Below are positions 13,001 through 24,261 of a stretch of 64,000 bases of DNA, piece by piece. Position 1 is the first letter of the stretch; each line of letters begins with the position of its first letter. Made by a program: the position numbers and the translations under genes. The notes under the pieces are model-generated. The model made no database searches. It had not been told where the DNA came from and worked only from the letters and a program-made list of their open reading frames with translations. This stretch comes from Macrostomum lignano (lineage: Eukaryota), in NCBI GenBank assembly GCA_002269645.1, contig NIVC01003812.1:1-64000 (forward strand), given 5' to 3'.

Positions 13001-15952
13001 ATTCCGGTTTCTAAAAATAACTCTGCTAGATGTACATCGCCTTTAGTCACGGCTATGGGGGTGGGTGAGTCATTTCAGCAGGGGTAAGGAGAAAGGAAGA
13101 GGGTGCACAAATGTACGCAAAGTTACGAGCTAAAAACGTCTATGATGCTGTTTCTGAAAATAGATTATCTTTAAAAAAGGTATTGGCTGCTACTTGAATA
13201 GTGGCATGTACATTGTGCTTGGTGGGGGCGAGAGGTGGGGTGGTCATAAAGGGGTAAGAATGTGCCAATTATAACACAAAAAAGACAACGCGAAAACCCT
13301 GTAACTCTTTCAGGATCTGATTCGCCACTCAGACCAACGTCTGGCAATGCAGTTTGAGTATTTCTTAGGCCATCACGAGGGCCGGAGGTGAGACTAAACT
13401 TGAGCTTATTAAATAAAAAAGAGCGAGTATATCTTACTTTATCTACTTACTAAGTAATATCAAGCAAGGAACTAGAATGTGTAAATATTTGCTAATCTAA
13501 CTGATTTGAAACAGGCATTCCGGAGTATCTGCTCGGGAGCTATTCGAGTGAGTCACTTATTTGCCCTAGTTTCCTAGAAGTAAACACAGTTAAAATTTTG
13601 CATCTAGGAACCTGACTGACAGTAAAAATACCCCCATGTGCACTCCAGACCTGCCGCAGTCTGCATAGACCTGCCCTACTTTTATCCCAATAAAACGGTC
13701 GCGTACATTTTCGAAGCGCTCGAGATGGTCTCAAAGCACGGCTGGAAGCTGCTGCCAGAGGTAACTAGAGTACCCGTAGGTGTCCCTGTGTGTCCGTAGG
13801 TGTCCGTGTGTGTCCGTAGGTGTCCGTAGGTGTCCGTAGGTGTCCGTAGGTGTCCGTAGGTGTCCGTAGGTGTCCGTAGGTGTCCGTAGGTGTCCGTAGG
13901 TGTCCGTAGGTGTCCGTAGGTGTCCGTAGGTGTCCGTAGGTGTCCGTAGGTGTCCGTAGGTGTCCGTAGGTGTCCGTAGGTGTCCGTAGGTGTCCGTAGG
14001 TGTCCGTAGGTGTCCGTAGGTGTCCGTAGGTGTCCGTAGGTGTCCGTAGGTGTCCGTAGGTGTCCGTAGGTGTCCGTAGGTGTCCGTAGGTGTCCGTAGG
14101 TGTCCGTAGGTGTCCGTAGGTGTCCGTAGGTGTCCGTAGGTGTCCGTAGGTGTCCGTAGTTGTCCGTAGGTGTCCGTAGGTGTCCGTAGGTGTCCGTAGG
14201 TGTCCGTAGGTGTCCGTAGGTGTCCGTAGGTGTCCGTAGGTGTCCGTAGGTGTCCGTAGGTGTCCGTAGGTGTCCGTAGGTGTCCGTAGGTGTCCGTAGG
14301 TGTCCGTAGGTGTCCGTAGGTGTCCGTAGGTGTCCGTAGGTGTCCGTAGGTGTCCGTAGGTGTCCGTAGGTGTCCGTAGGTGTCCGTAGGTGTCCGTAGG
14401 TGTCCGTAGGTGTCCGTAGGTGTCCGTAGGTGTCCGTAGGTGTCCGTAGGTGTCCGTAGGTGTCCGTAGTACAGGCCTCAAACTGTTGCTGAACAAATCT
14501 GAAGTTGAGATTTCGGCCATAGACAAAATACTCGTAATAAAATACTTCACCACACGGTTGAGCCAAATTACTAGTAATTAAAAAACTTCTCAGCTACCCT
14601 ACTACTTATTGTAGAAATATAAGCAAAAGTGCTGAGGAACTCCAGTTTGCCCCAACTGCCCCCCCCCACGGTCAGTACGAGCTCGAGCCCGACTCGGGCG
14701 CGTGGCGTCACCGCGACTTCGTGACTCGGCAGTGCAGCCTTCAGGACTGCTTCTTCGCTTTCAACGAGGCCGTGGATGTCAGCAGGCAGTTCATGAACCA
14801 CCCCACTGTGGAAGGGCTGGATGTGAGACCGAGCTGGGATCCTGTCTGATAAAATCCCATCTGCAATTCGACTCATTTTTGATTTAGAATTCTTTGCTGA
14901 ACAAAAAACTTCCAGACAATGGCGAGGCGAGCTGAGATTGTCCTGCTGTCGGCTGAGGAGCGGATCATGAAGGTTGGGAGTCTGAGAACTGTTGATGATG
15001 CGGGGCTTCCCAAGTCAATAAATTCACAAATTTATGATATAAAATTTATCGGAAAATTTTCAAACTTTAAATTTAACCCAAATAATCCCGAGAATCGCTA
15101 AAATCCCAGGCTGGAGTCTCAAAATCTGCAAAATCGTTCAAAACTATTAAATCCTAGGCCTTCTTAAAAGTCCCTGAAATCCCAAAAAATCCCATGCATT
15201 CCCAACAATCCTCAAAGTCACAAATCCCTAAAAATCCCAGAAATTCCATAACTCCCAGAGCTCCCGAAAATCCCCCGAATTCCAAAACTCCCATGAGTCC
15301 CATAGATCCCAAAGTTCTCAAAACTCCCGTGAATCCCAAAAGGTCCCTAAAATCCCAAAAATCTCAAAACCCCATGAATCTCAAAAATTATAAAACTCAT
15401 AAATATCCCAAACTCCCAATGATCCCAAAAATCAGTAACTCCCAAAAAATCCCACAAATTCTAAATATCTCAAAAATCCCAAAAATTCATAAAATCTCAA
15501 AAATCCCAAAAATCCCCAAAATCCCAAAAATTCCAAAAATCTCAAAATCTCCAAAATCCCCAAAATCACAAAAATCTCAAAAATCCCCAAAATCCCCAAA
15601 GTCCCAAAAATCCCAAAAATCTCAAAAATTCCCAAAAGTCTAAAAAATCCCCAAAATCGCCAAAATCCCAAAAATTCCAAAAATCCTAAAAATTCCAGAA
15701 ATCCCAAAAATATCAAAAATCCAAAAATATAAAAAATCCCCAAAATCCCCAAAATCCCCAAAATCCCCAAAATCCCAAAAATCCAAAAACTCCCATTTCC
15801 AGCGGCTCAGCGACCGTCCAGCCGGCGGGGGAGGCGGCTACCAGCCGCTAATCGAGTACGGCTTCAGCCAGGACGAGCACAGCTGCCGCTGGTTTCTGCT
15901 GCCCTTTGAAGCCGCCGCCGCCGCCATGGAGAAAGCGGAAGCTTCGGCTTAA
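6528..15952 (+). CDS. Class-V PLP-dependent aminotransferase / cysteine desulfurase-like protein (about 750 aa), catalytically degenerate
   Basis: Exons 6528-6928 (needs one extra base near 6648; start is tentative), 8667-8790, 8875-8905, 11263-12216, 12700-12907, 13314-13387, 13649-13760, 14676-14822, 14916-14972, 15803-15952; phases are compatible from exon 2 onward. Motif order follows my recollection of the family: NMIGSDACFVGPYGLRKVIFCDFSATGR-HLRCIEDF, GLLVWD, IRCGLAFKLRRSVG, LVLLGS..PIFAF..LLHHGFVAALLSDLYGVQ, DLPYF..EALEMVSKHGWKLLPEY..GAWRH, RWFLLPFEA. Confidence 0.85.
7000..8642. repeat. 16-17-bp array (CAATCTGTCTGTCACTC family) with 113-bp and 414-bp higher-order periods
   Basis: CAATTAAG marker at 7701, 7814, 7927, 8115, 8228, 8341. 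Confidence 0.9.
8975..9690. repeat. 10-bp array ACTACCCTAG
   Basis: Read directly. Confidence 0.92.
10490..11100. repeat. 23-bp array TTCTCACATTCTTCAAGGGAAAT with a 236-bp duplication
   Basis: GGGAACTTCTCAAAG at 10706 and 10942. Confidence 0.88.
13782..14469. repeat. Near-perfect 10-bp array GTAGGTGTCC (about 68 copies)
   Basis: Fills intron 13761-14675. Confidence 0.95.
15150..15790. repeat. Degenerate 8-9-bp AAAATCCC(A) array; a related array lies at 12240-12350
   Basis: Read directly. Confidence 0.85.
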
Positions 15953-16257
15953 AGTACAAGCGGTACTTTTAATAACAATAACTGGTGCACAATGTACTCG
16001 TCTTTGTGTACGTATTGTCTATTAGTACATTCGAAAGTTCTTTTTGCCGTAAAATATATTATAAATGTACATTCATAGTTCCTACCGATGCACTTCAAGT
16101 GTTTTTTAGTCGTACATAGTGATGTACTTTTTTCATATAATCACGTTGATGTACATCTAGACTATAACTCTTTTGTACACAACCAATGTACTCTACTGTA
16201 CTTTCAATGTACACAAATGTACTTTCGATGTACATGTACCGGTACTCTAGTCACAAA

Positions 16258-16541
16258 GGGGTTGCAGCCCAGTGGTCAGAGCGTCGGACTCACGACTGAA
16301 AGGTCGGGGGTTCGATTCTCGACTCACTCGGAAACAATTTGTGCCCTTGAGCAAGACACTTAACTCTGCATTGCTTCAGTTCACCCAGCTGTAAAATGGA
16401 TGCCAGCATTAGCTGGGGTAATTGCGGGGGTGGGTGGCGACCCCCCAGTCCTTGGACTGAACAGCCGTACGCAGCCTTCAGATGCGCCACGCAATAGATA
16501 GCTGCGGCTGAGCTGTCGGTTGCACATCTGCAAGTTTAATC

Positions 16542-16577
<36 letters not shown>
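16258..16577 (+). mobile_element. tRNA-derived CORE-like SINE, full-length copy
   Basis: A box TGGTCAGAGCG, B box GGTTCGATTC, central block resembling the MIR/CORE consensus, 3' block GCTGAGCTGTCGGTTGCACATCTG and (ATT)n tail. Confidence 0.9.
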
Positions 16578-16949
16578 TGTGAACTATAATGCACTTTCTA
16601 CGTACGGACCGATGTACACTGATACAACCTCGATGCACTAATCGATGTTACAATAATATAAATTGCCCTCAATGTGCCGGTCTGCATGATAATACCCAAT
16701 CACTTTAATTCCCAACTGCACATTCTGTAGTCTCCAAACTCTCCAAAATCGGACTGGGAAACAATTTTTGCTTGGCTGTGAGCAGAGTTTGATTGCGTGA
16801 GGGCAAATGCTGAGTATTTAGCTGCGCACCTGCCGCTGCTTGAGTCAGTCTGGCAGCAACTCCAGCGCTGTTTTGTCTGTCAATATTCATAAGCTGGCGG
16901 TGTCGCCTTTTTTAAATAAACCAACCTCAGCATTCATCAAGTATTGCTG

Positions 16950-16963
16950 GTTGCCATGACGAC
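16950..16963. promoter_or_regulatory. X-box-like motif upstream of the 18161 ORF
   Basis: GTTGCCATGACGAC. Confidence 0.45.
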
Positions 16964-17029
16964 AGGAGTTGGCTTCTTCTTTTGCTGATTGCTTTTTACA
17001 TTTGCTGTGCAATGCAACAGCTGCTATCT

Positions 17030-17205
17030 AAACCTGTTGTACCTGCTGTCTACACCTGTTGTACCTGCTGTCTACACCTGTTGTACCTGCTATCTACACC
17101 TGTTGTACCTGCTGTCTACACCTGTTGTACCTGCTGTCTACACCTGTTGTACCTACTATCTACACCTGTTGTACCTGCTATCTACACCTGTTGTACCTGC
17201 TACCT
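17030..17205. repeat. 22-bp array TACCTGCTGTCTACACCTGTTG
   Basis: Read directly. Confidence 0.9.
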
Positions 17206-17744
17206 GATCTGCCATCCGTCAGCTATCGCGAGCTGACAACTCTCACTGCCCCATCAAATGCGATTCCCAATGAGCCCTGGGCTGAGCCTGTCACTTCTTT
17301 AATAAACCGCAGGTTCTGAGAGTTCAGTGGGGAATTTTCCCTAGTCAAATCCCACCCATAGCCCCGCGAGGCTGTCCCTCATCAGCCCCACCTGGCCCCT
17401 CCCAGAATCTTCCTTCTCTTCATCAGTACTTCTCTCTCACGAATCAGCATCCGGGCATTTTCTCTCATTGGCGCTTACAAATGCAGCATCCCCCATCACC
17501 CAGCCTCGCCCCATTCACTATAGCAACAGATCCAGTGGCGCGGGAAGAGTTATTTTTTTCTCAGAAGCCAAGTCAGCATCACGGCCAAGCGGCTCACAAC
17601 CCACCCCGACCTGTCAGAGAGGAGACAGTCGGACAGGCAGAATTGCTTTTTACAATTGACAAAAGTTTATTTGAGCCGTGTGTTGGGACGAACTCTGTCG
17701 GACACCTGAGACAGACTCCTGAAGATAAGTACCTGAAGACCTTC

Positions 17745-18160
17745 TGAAGACAGGTATCCGAGACAGACAGGCACCTCAGACAGACAGGCACTAACACAGA
17801 CACGCACCTGAGACAGTCACCTGACACAGACAGGCACCTCAGACAGACAGGCACCTGACACAGACACGCACCTGAGACAGTCACCTGACACAGACAGGTT
17901 CACCTGGCATAAACACGCACCTGAGACAGACAGGCAGGCACATGAGACAGACAGGCACCTGACACAGACAGTCACCTGACACAGACAGGCATACCTGACA
18001 CAGACAGGTACACCTGACATAGACAGGCACCTTACACAGACAGGCTCACCTGACACAGACAGTCACCTGACACAGACAGGCACCTGACACAGACAGGCTC
18101 ACCTGACATAGACAGGCACCTTACACAGACAGGCTCACCTGACACAGACAGGCACCTGCC
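17745..18160. repeat. ~17-bp array CACCTGACACAGACAGG ending at the 18161 ATG
   Basis: Read directly. Confidence 0.88.
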
Positions 18161-19060
18161 ATGAGTCAGCGGCAGCGCAAGGCGCAGCTGGTCAGCAGGG
18201 TGCCAGCCGTGATCTCCGGCCCCAACAGCCAGGAGGAGCAGCGGCTGCGGCTGTCGCTGGCCCAGCTGGAGCAGCAGCAGCTCAGCCAGGAGGCCTCCGA
18301 CACCACCTGGATGAAGCAGTTCGCCATACGTCAGACTTTGCACCTTCAGAGTCTGCACCGACTCGGGTACAGCAGGTCGCTGGACATCCTGCCGGACTGC
18401 CTGCTCACCGGCTACGGGGATAGCCTGATCAGCGTTGCTAAGCAACCATTGCTAGGGCGAATTGCGGCCCTGTCTCAGCAGCAGAAGCGGCTCCGGCGAG
18501 AGCGAGAAGGCATCAGACGATCGGTGTCTCTGGGCTACAGCGGCGGCAGCGACCTGCTCACGAAAACAACTGCTACAGACGCCGAAGGCAGTAACGGAGG
18601 TGAAAGCGGCGGTCTGGATTCGCTTTCCAGCAGCTTTGGGGCTGGCGATAGCAAATTTCCGTCTTTGTCCTCATCGATGACATCTCGACCAATCAGAGAC
18701 CGAGAGAAAAACTCGCCTCGGCCAATTAGAGTCGATCAAGCCGCTCAGCCAATGAAAAGCGATCAAGCCGCTCAGCCAATGAGAGGTGACCTAGCCGCCC
18801 AGCCAATAAGAAACGATCTAGCCTCCTGGCCGATGAGAAGAAATCTAGCCGCCCAGCCAATGAGAGTCGACCAAACTGCCCAGCCAATCACGAGTCCTCT
18901 CCGCCTACCCCAGTTAGATCCGCGCTTTTTACGCCTGGTTGACAGTCTGGAACGCAAGAGCGCCTGGAAGAGGCGCTACGTGCCGCCTGCGGCGCTGCCT
19001 AGCGGTGGCCAGCAGGGCAACTCACTGGAGGAGCTGGTGAATTCATACTACTCAAAGTAA
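18161..19060 (+). CDS. Hypothetical 299-aa protein, single coding exon, N-terminal coiled coil and a 9-aa internal repeat
   Basis: Long GC-rich non-satellite ORF from ATG to TAA with codon style like neighbouring genes. An X-box-like motif lies at 16950. No family recognised. Confidence 0.65.
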   Translation: MSQRQRKAQLVSRVPAVISGPNSQEEQRLRLSLAQLEQQQLSQEASDTTWMKQFAIRQTLHLQSLHRLGYSRSLDILPDCLLTGYGDSLISVAKQPLLGRIAALSQQQKRLRREREGIRRSVSLGYSGGSDLLTKTTATDAEGSNGGESGGLDSLSSSFGAGDSKFPSLSSSMTSRPIRDREKNSPRPIRVDQAAQPMKSDQAAQPMRGDLAAQPIRNDLASWPMRRNLAAQPMRVDQTAQPITSPLRLPQLDPRFLRLVDSLERKSAWKRRYVPPAALPSGGQQGNSLEELVNSYYSK

Positions 19061-19544
19061 CGGCACGGCATTGTCCAAATCTGACCTAAAAGACAAAATT
19101 TAATATTCCTTGTTTTGAACTGCTGTCGAGTGTAATAATACACTAATTTGCCAAAAGTGAGCTGCACTAATTGTTGAGACAATCTGGTGAAAAATTATGA
19201 ACTTTGCACGTCTCCGGTTTCTGATAAACTTCTCTCTGTAATATGTTTTGATAAGCTTGAATAAAGCTTGTTCTATCTGCTGCAAATTAACATTGGATTT
19301 TGATTTCTTTGCTTAGTTTTGTTAGGGGAGGTGGATTGAGTTCGCCGTTCGTGACTGATAAAGGGGCTCAGCGAGTATAACGGCTCGATGTGACTGATTG
19401 GAGACCATTTAGCATGAGCAATCGCCGTGGGTTTTATGTAAGTAAAGTACTGTCACCACGGATTAGTGGTGCAAATAACCTATTAGAGAACTTTAGTAGT
19501 AAAAGTGCAGTAGATTAGGTAAAGTTTACGGTCGATTAGGTAGA

Positions 19545-19710
19545 AACTCGTATTACAGTAGATTTAGGTAGATAGTACAGTAGATTAGGTAGAGATTACA
19601 GTAGATTATGTAGATATTACAGTAGAGTAGGTAGATATTACAGTAGAGTAGAAAGATATTACAGTAGATTAGGTAGATATTACAGCAGAGTAGGTAGATA
19701 TTACAGTAGA
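19545..19710. repeat. 21-bp array AGTAGATTAGGTAGATATTAC
   Basis: Read directly. Confidence 0.85.
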
Positions 19711-20106
19711 AAAGAACTGAGAGCAGAGCGGCATCTATGTCCGCAGCTGCCAGCAGAACACAACTTGGAGCCGCGGAGGCCGGTATGAAAAGCGAAAAAA
19801 AGAATGAAAATTCTGGAACTGTCAGGAGCTGCGCTGCCCTCTGAGGCTACCTGCAGCCACTCAGCACTGCAGCTGCTGGAAGAATGCATGGAGACTGAGT
19901 GCTGCTGGGGAGAAAGCCTGCGGAAATGTGATGGGGAGTCCCCAGCATCTCAAAACCTGTGTATCTCTTTTTTCTTCTGGGAATTTCTGCACAGGCTGAA
20001 CTGAAGGGGCTTGGAAGGCAGAAAACCTTGCATTTGTAGCTCACTGGCAGGGACAATGGAATTCAGCTGCACTGAGCTCAGGCTGCTCTGGGCTTTGGGG
20101 AAGTGC

Positions 20107-20508
<402 letters not shown>

Positions 20509-21149
20509 GATCCGTATGTAACGCTTTCAATAGGTCTGGAAATGCATTTTCGCATCGCATTACTATCGGTAGTATACTGCATGCACTGCAGATGAGGTTC
20601 TCCGGCAGCATTTTATGAGGAAACAGCTTGATAAACTTAATAAACCTGTCAATGTTTTGACCGGAGTCCCCTTCCCTGTCTCAGTTCGGCTGCTTTGTGA
20701 CGGGTGCAGTCCAGGGAATGGAAGTGGCCTGAGCGGCCTGCTCATGGATGCTCCAGGCTTGAGGGCACTCAAACTAATTGGGGCTCTCGCTGTGCGTCAG
20801 TATAGCATTGTGGACACCGTTTAATCTGATCTGGTCAAGGACCTCTCCAGCTGCAGTCCTAGGTTAGGGAGTTCTTTATGATGACCCAGCGCACTAATGT
20901 TTATGCAACTTCTGCAGTCAAAACATTAGTTATTTTTCATTTGATTTAATCTGCAATGGCGTCTCAGTTACATCAAACACAGTCTTCCTTCCTATAGGAG
21001 GCTCAACCGATTTTCTTCCAACTTGCACCATTCGATCAGAATTTTCCTGGGACGGTACATGCATCTCTGCTAAGAAATCGCTCAATGTTAAAGGGTTGCT
21101 TGCTGTCCTAGGATGTTTTCTTTTTGCATTGCACTTCATTTGAGCAGTT

Positions 21150-21257
21150 TTTCTATTGTCTATGTGAAGACTTTTTTGGCCGTCTTTTTGATACTTGTAG
21201 AGAGCCAGAGATTCTATCTAGATGCCCCCCATCGGGGGGGGGGGCGAAGATTGCTAG
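21150..21257 (+). mobile_element. Helitron-like 3' terminus, copy 1
   Basis: CCCCCC-ATC-GGGGGG hairpin, then CGAAGATTG-CTAG|T. About 100 bp is homologous to 23715-23819. Confidence 0.5.
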
Positions 21258-21489
21258 TTGTACTCTAACTGACTTGCTGTAAGTATTGAATTATAAGGGC
21301 CACAATTCATGTTCTCCAATTGAAAAGAGATAACCTAGATGCAAACAGACTAGACTGCTAATGTAGCGACCTGGGTTCGAATCTTAGTGGTGTAAAATTT
21401 TTTATTATTAAAACGCCTTAAAAACACAAAATGCTAAACATAAAAGAAGCGCAATGTCGAACATAAAAGAGCCATCATTCTAAACATAG

Positions 21490-22250
21490 AAGAGCCAACA
21501 ATGTCAAACATAGAAGAGCTACCATGTCAAACATATACATGACTCCATGTCAAACATATACGTGACTCCATGTCAAACATATACGTGACTCCATGTCAAA
21601 CATATACGTGACTCCATGTCAAACATATACGTGACTCCATGTCAAACATATACGTGACTCCATGTCAAACATATACGTGACTCCATGTCAAACATATACG
21701 TGACTCCATGTCAAACATATACGTGACTCCATGTCAAACATATACGTGACTCCATGTCAAACATATACGTGACTCCATGTCAAACATATACGTGACTCCA
21801 TGTCAAACATATACGTGACTCCATGTCAAACATATACGTGACTCCATGTCAAACATATACGTGACTCCATGTCAAACATATACGTGACTCCATGTCAAAC
21901 ATATACGTGACTCCATGTCAAACAAATACGTGACTCCATGTCAAACATATACGTGACTCCATGTCAAACATAAAAGAGCCACCATGTCAAAAATTGAAGA
22001 GCCACCATGTCAAAAATTGAAGAGCCACCATGTAAAACATTAAAGAGCTACCATCTCAAACATAAAAGAGCTACCATCTCAAACATAAAAGAGCTACCAT
22101 GTCAAACATAGAAGAGCTACCATCTCAAACATAAAAGAGCTACCATCTCAAACATAAAAGAGCTACCATGTCAAACATAGAAGAGCTACCATCTCAAACA
22201 TAAAAGAGCTACCATCTCAAACCTAAAAGAGCCGCCATGTCAAACATAAT
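21490..22250. repeat. 23-bp array ATATACGTGACTCCATGTCAAAC grading into ATAAAAGAGCTACCATGTCAAAC
   Basis: Read directly. Confidence 0.92.
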
Positions 22251-22299
22251 GGAGCCACTATAATGCTAAGGATATTGTTGCACTAGCTATTTCTTGTCT

Positions 22300-23700
22300 T
22301 GGTGGATGCTTGCTATTTAAGGATAGATTATTGCTATCAGGGGAATGCTTGCTATCGGAAGGATGCTTGCAATCAGGGGTAACTTGCTATTGGATGATGC
22401 TTGGGGTGGAGGGTACTTGCTATCTGAGAGGGGGTTGCTATAGCTATCTATAAGGATTCTTTGTATCCAGGGCTGCTTGCTATCTGGGGGATGCTTGCTA
22501 TCGGGGGATGCTTGCTGTCTGGGGGATGCTTGCTATCTGGGGGATGCTTGCTATCGGGGGATCCTTGCTATCTGGGGGATGCTTGCTATCTGGGGTTGCT
22601 TGCTATCTGGGGGATTCTTGCTATCTGGGGGACGCTTGCATGCTGTCTGGGGATGCTTGATATTGGGGAGGCAAAGAGGCTTGCTCTTGGAGGAGGGGGG
22701 TACATGCTATCTTGGGGGGAGGGGTTGCTATCTGGGTGTTGCTTGCTATCTGGGAGGTGCTTCTTGCTATTGTATTTGGGGTGCTTGTGTAAAGATCCGC
22801 CCTTTGCTTCGGTCCTATCGATTTGCCTGAAAATGAACCTAAAACGTTAGCCTTGACTTGGTAGGGTTGCTGCCACCTTGGTGTGCGGACTCGACGCGTC
22901 GGCAGAGTTGTCTATCCGTAACCTGAAATAAAATTAACGAAGACACTCGGAGCAAAGGCCAAATCTGGAAAATGTCTCGACAGTCGATCGTCTTAGTTGA
23001 ATGCTGCTCGGACCTGAAAACCTGAAAAACCTGAAATGAGAGAGGAGAGCTCGGAGGCAGAGGCTTCACGAGTTAGCCACAATGCTCCGCGAGACGACGC
23101 AGTCTGGAGAAAAATGGCTCGCAGATGCTCCGTATTTATAGCCGAGCGGACCCCCAAAAGTCACGTGAGTTTCATGCGGTGAGCGCGTGAAACTTCCTTA
23201 TTTGGGCATTGGAATCATGCGAACGACGCGTGATCCAAGGCCAACTTCCAAATAAGGCAACCCTGTCACGCAGCAGTGGCGTGACTCAAGGTCAGTGGCC
23301 ACGCACAGTGTGCGTGCACAGTCACGTGCTTAGTCTGTGCTAAAAATAGAACCGTGGGCGGATGAGTCATCCTGTTTACTCCCTCTAGGCAGCCCTTACA
23401 CTCCGCTCAGGTGATGAGTCATCCTGCTACGCCTCCTCAGCGCGAGTGGGAAGACATTGAGTGTGGCTGCCCGCGCCCGCTCAGGCGATGAGTCATCGGG
23501 CAGTAAACACTTAGGCCCAGCACAGGGTAACTCTCTCACTAGCTCAGGTGGACTGAGATACTGTGCAGCGGATCACAGCACTCTTAAGGGAAGCTAGTGA
23601 ATGCTGCTGAATAGCCAGTTAGCAGCCAGTCACTACACTTGCTATTGTATTTAGAGGGGGTGCTTGCTATTTGGGGGATGCTTGCCGTCTTGGGATGTTT
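22300..23700. repeat. 18-bp array TGCTTGCTATCTGGGGGA, interrupted by the solo LTR
   Basis: Array units flank 22788-23637 on both sides. Confidence 0.88.
22788..23637 (-). mobile_element. Solo LTR (850 bp), probably Ty3/Gypsy-type
   Basis: Termini TGTA...TACA, 4-bp TSD CTTG (22784-87 and 23638-41), inserted into an 18-bp array that resumes on the other side. TATAAATA on the minus strand at 23140-33. No internal ORFs. Orientation is inferred from the TATA box. Confidence 0.8.
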
Positions 23701-23714
23701 TATGTTTAGAGGGA

Positions 23715-23819
23715 ATGTCTGTTGTATTTGTGAAGGCTTTATTTTGCTGTCTTTATGTTACTTGTAGAGAACAGAAATTCTATCTAGATGTCCCCCATCG
23801 GGGGGGCGAAGATTGCTAG
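23715..23819 (+). mobile_element. Helitron-like 3' terminus, copy 2
   Basis: Same hairpin and CTAG|T end. Homology to copy 1 stops at CTAGT. Confidence 0.5.
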
Positions 23820-24261
23820 TGATGGTCTAAAGATTGAAGATAAAATTCGATTGCATAACATTTATTTGAGGCTGTAGAATTTGGTTTAGCTTCAGATTCA
23901 AGCAGGATATTTTTCCAAATAGGATGGCGCTCCAGACCTTGCCTGTCAGTTGTGCGTAAAATGATCACTCACTCATTGCTGTTGGATGCGATCTGGATTA
24001 GCCAATCCAAAGCCATCCACTTTCTAATTCCTATTTCTTGAAAATTCCTGCCTGCTTCGTGCAAGATTTGAGCGCTTTTAGGATGGGAGTAAAATTTAAC
24101 TTATTATAGAAATCGGCAGAAAGAATGGCTTCGCGCTTGAAAATTATAAAACTGCTATGGTAAGATGATTCGGTGAAATATTTGACATCCCATGCAGTGG
24201 GTCATGGTGTAAACCTATTCCATTAATACCAGCACTCAATGGCTCACACCACCCAATACTC

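Noticed and set aside
13682-14566. TPTDTYGHLR repeat ORFs; likewise the YLSI, SVCL, SEFIG and SLSP ORFs elsewhere
   Set aside because: All coincide with tandem arrays inside introns or intergenic DNA.
16258-16330. tRNA gene (also 61964)
   Set aside because: A and B boxes are present, but the acceptor stem is not closed and the sequence runs into a SINE body.
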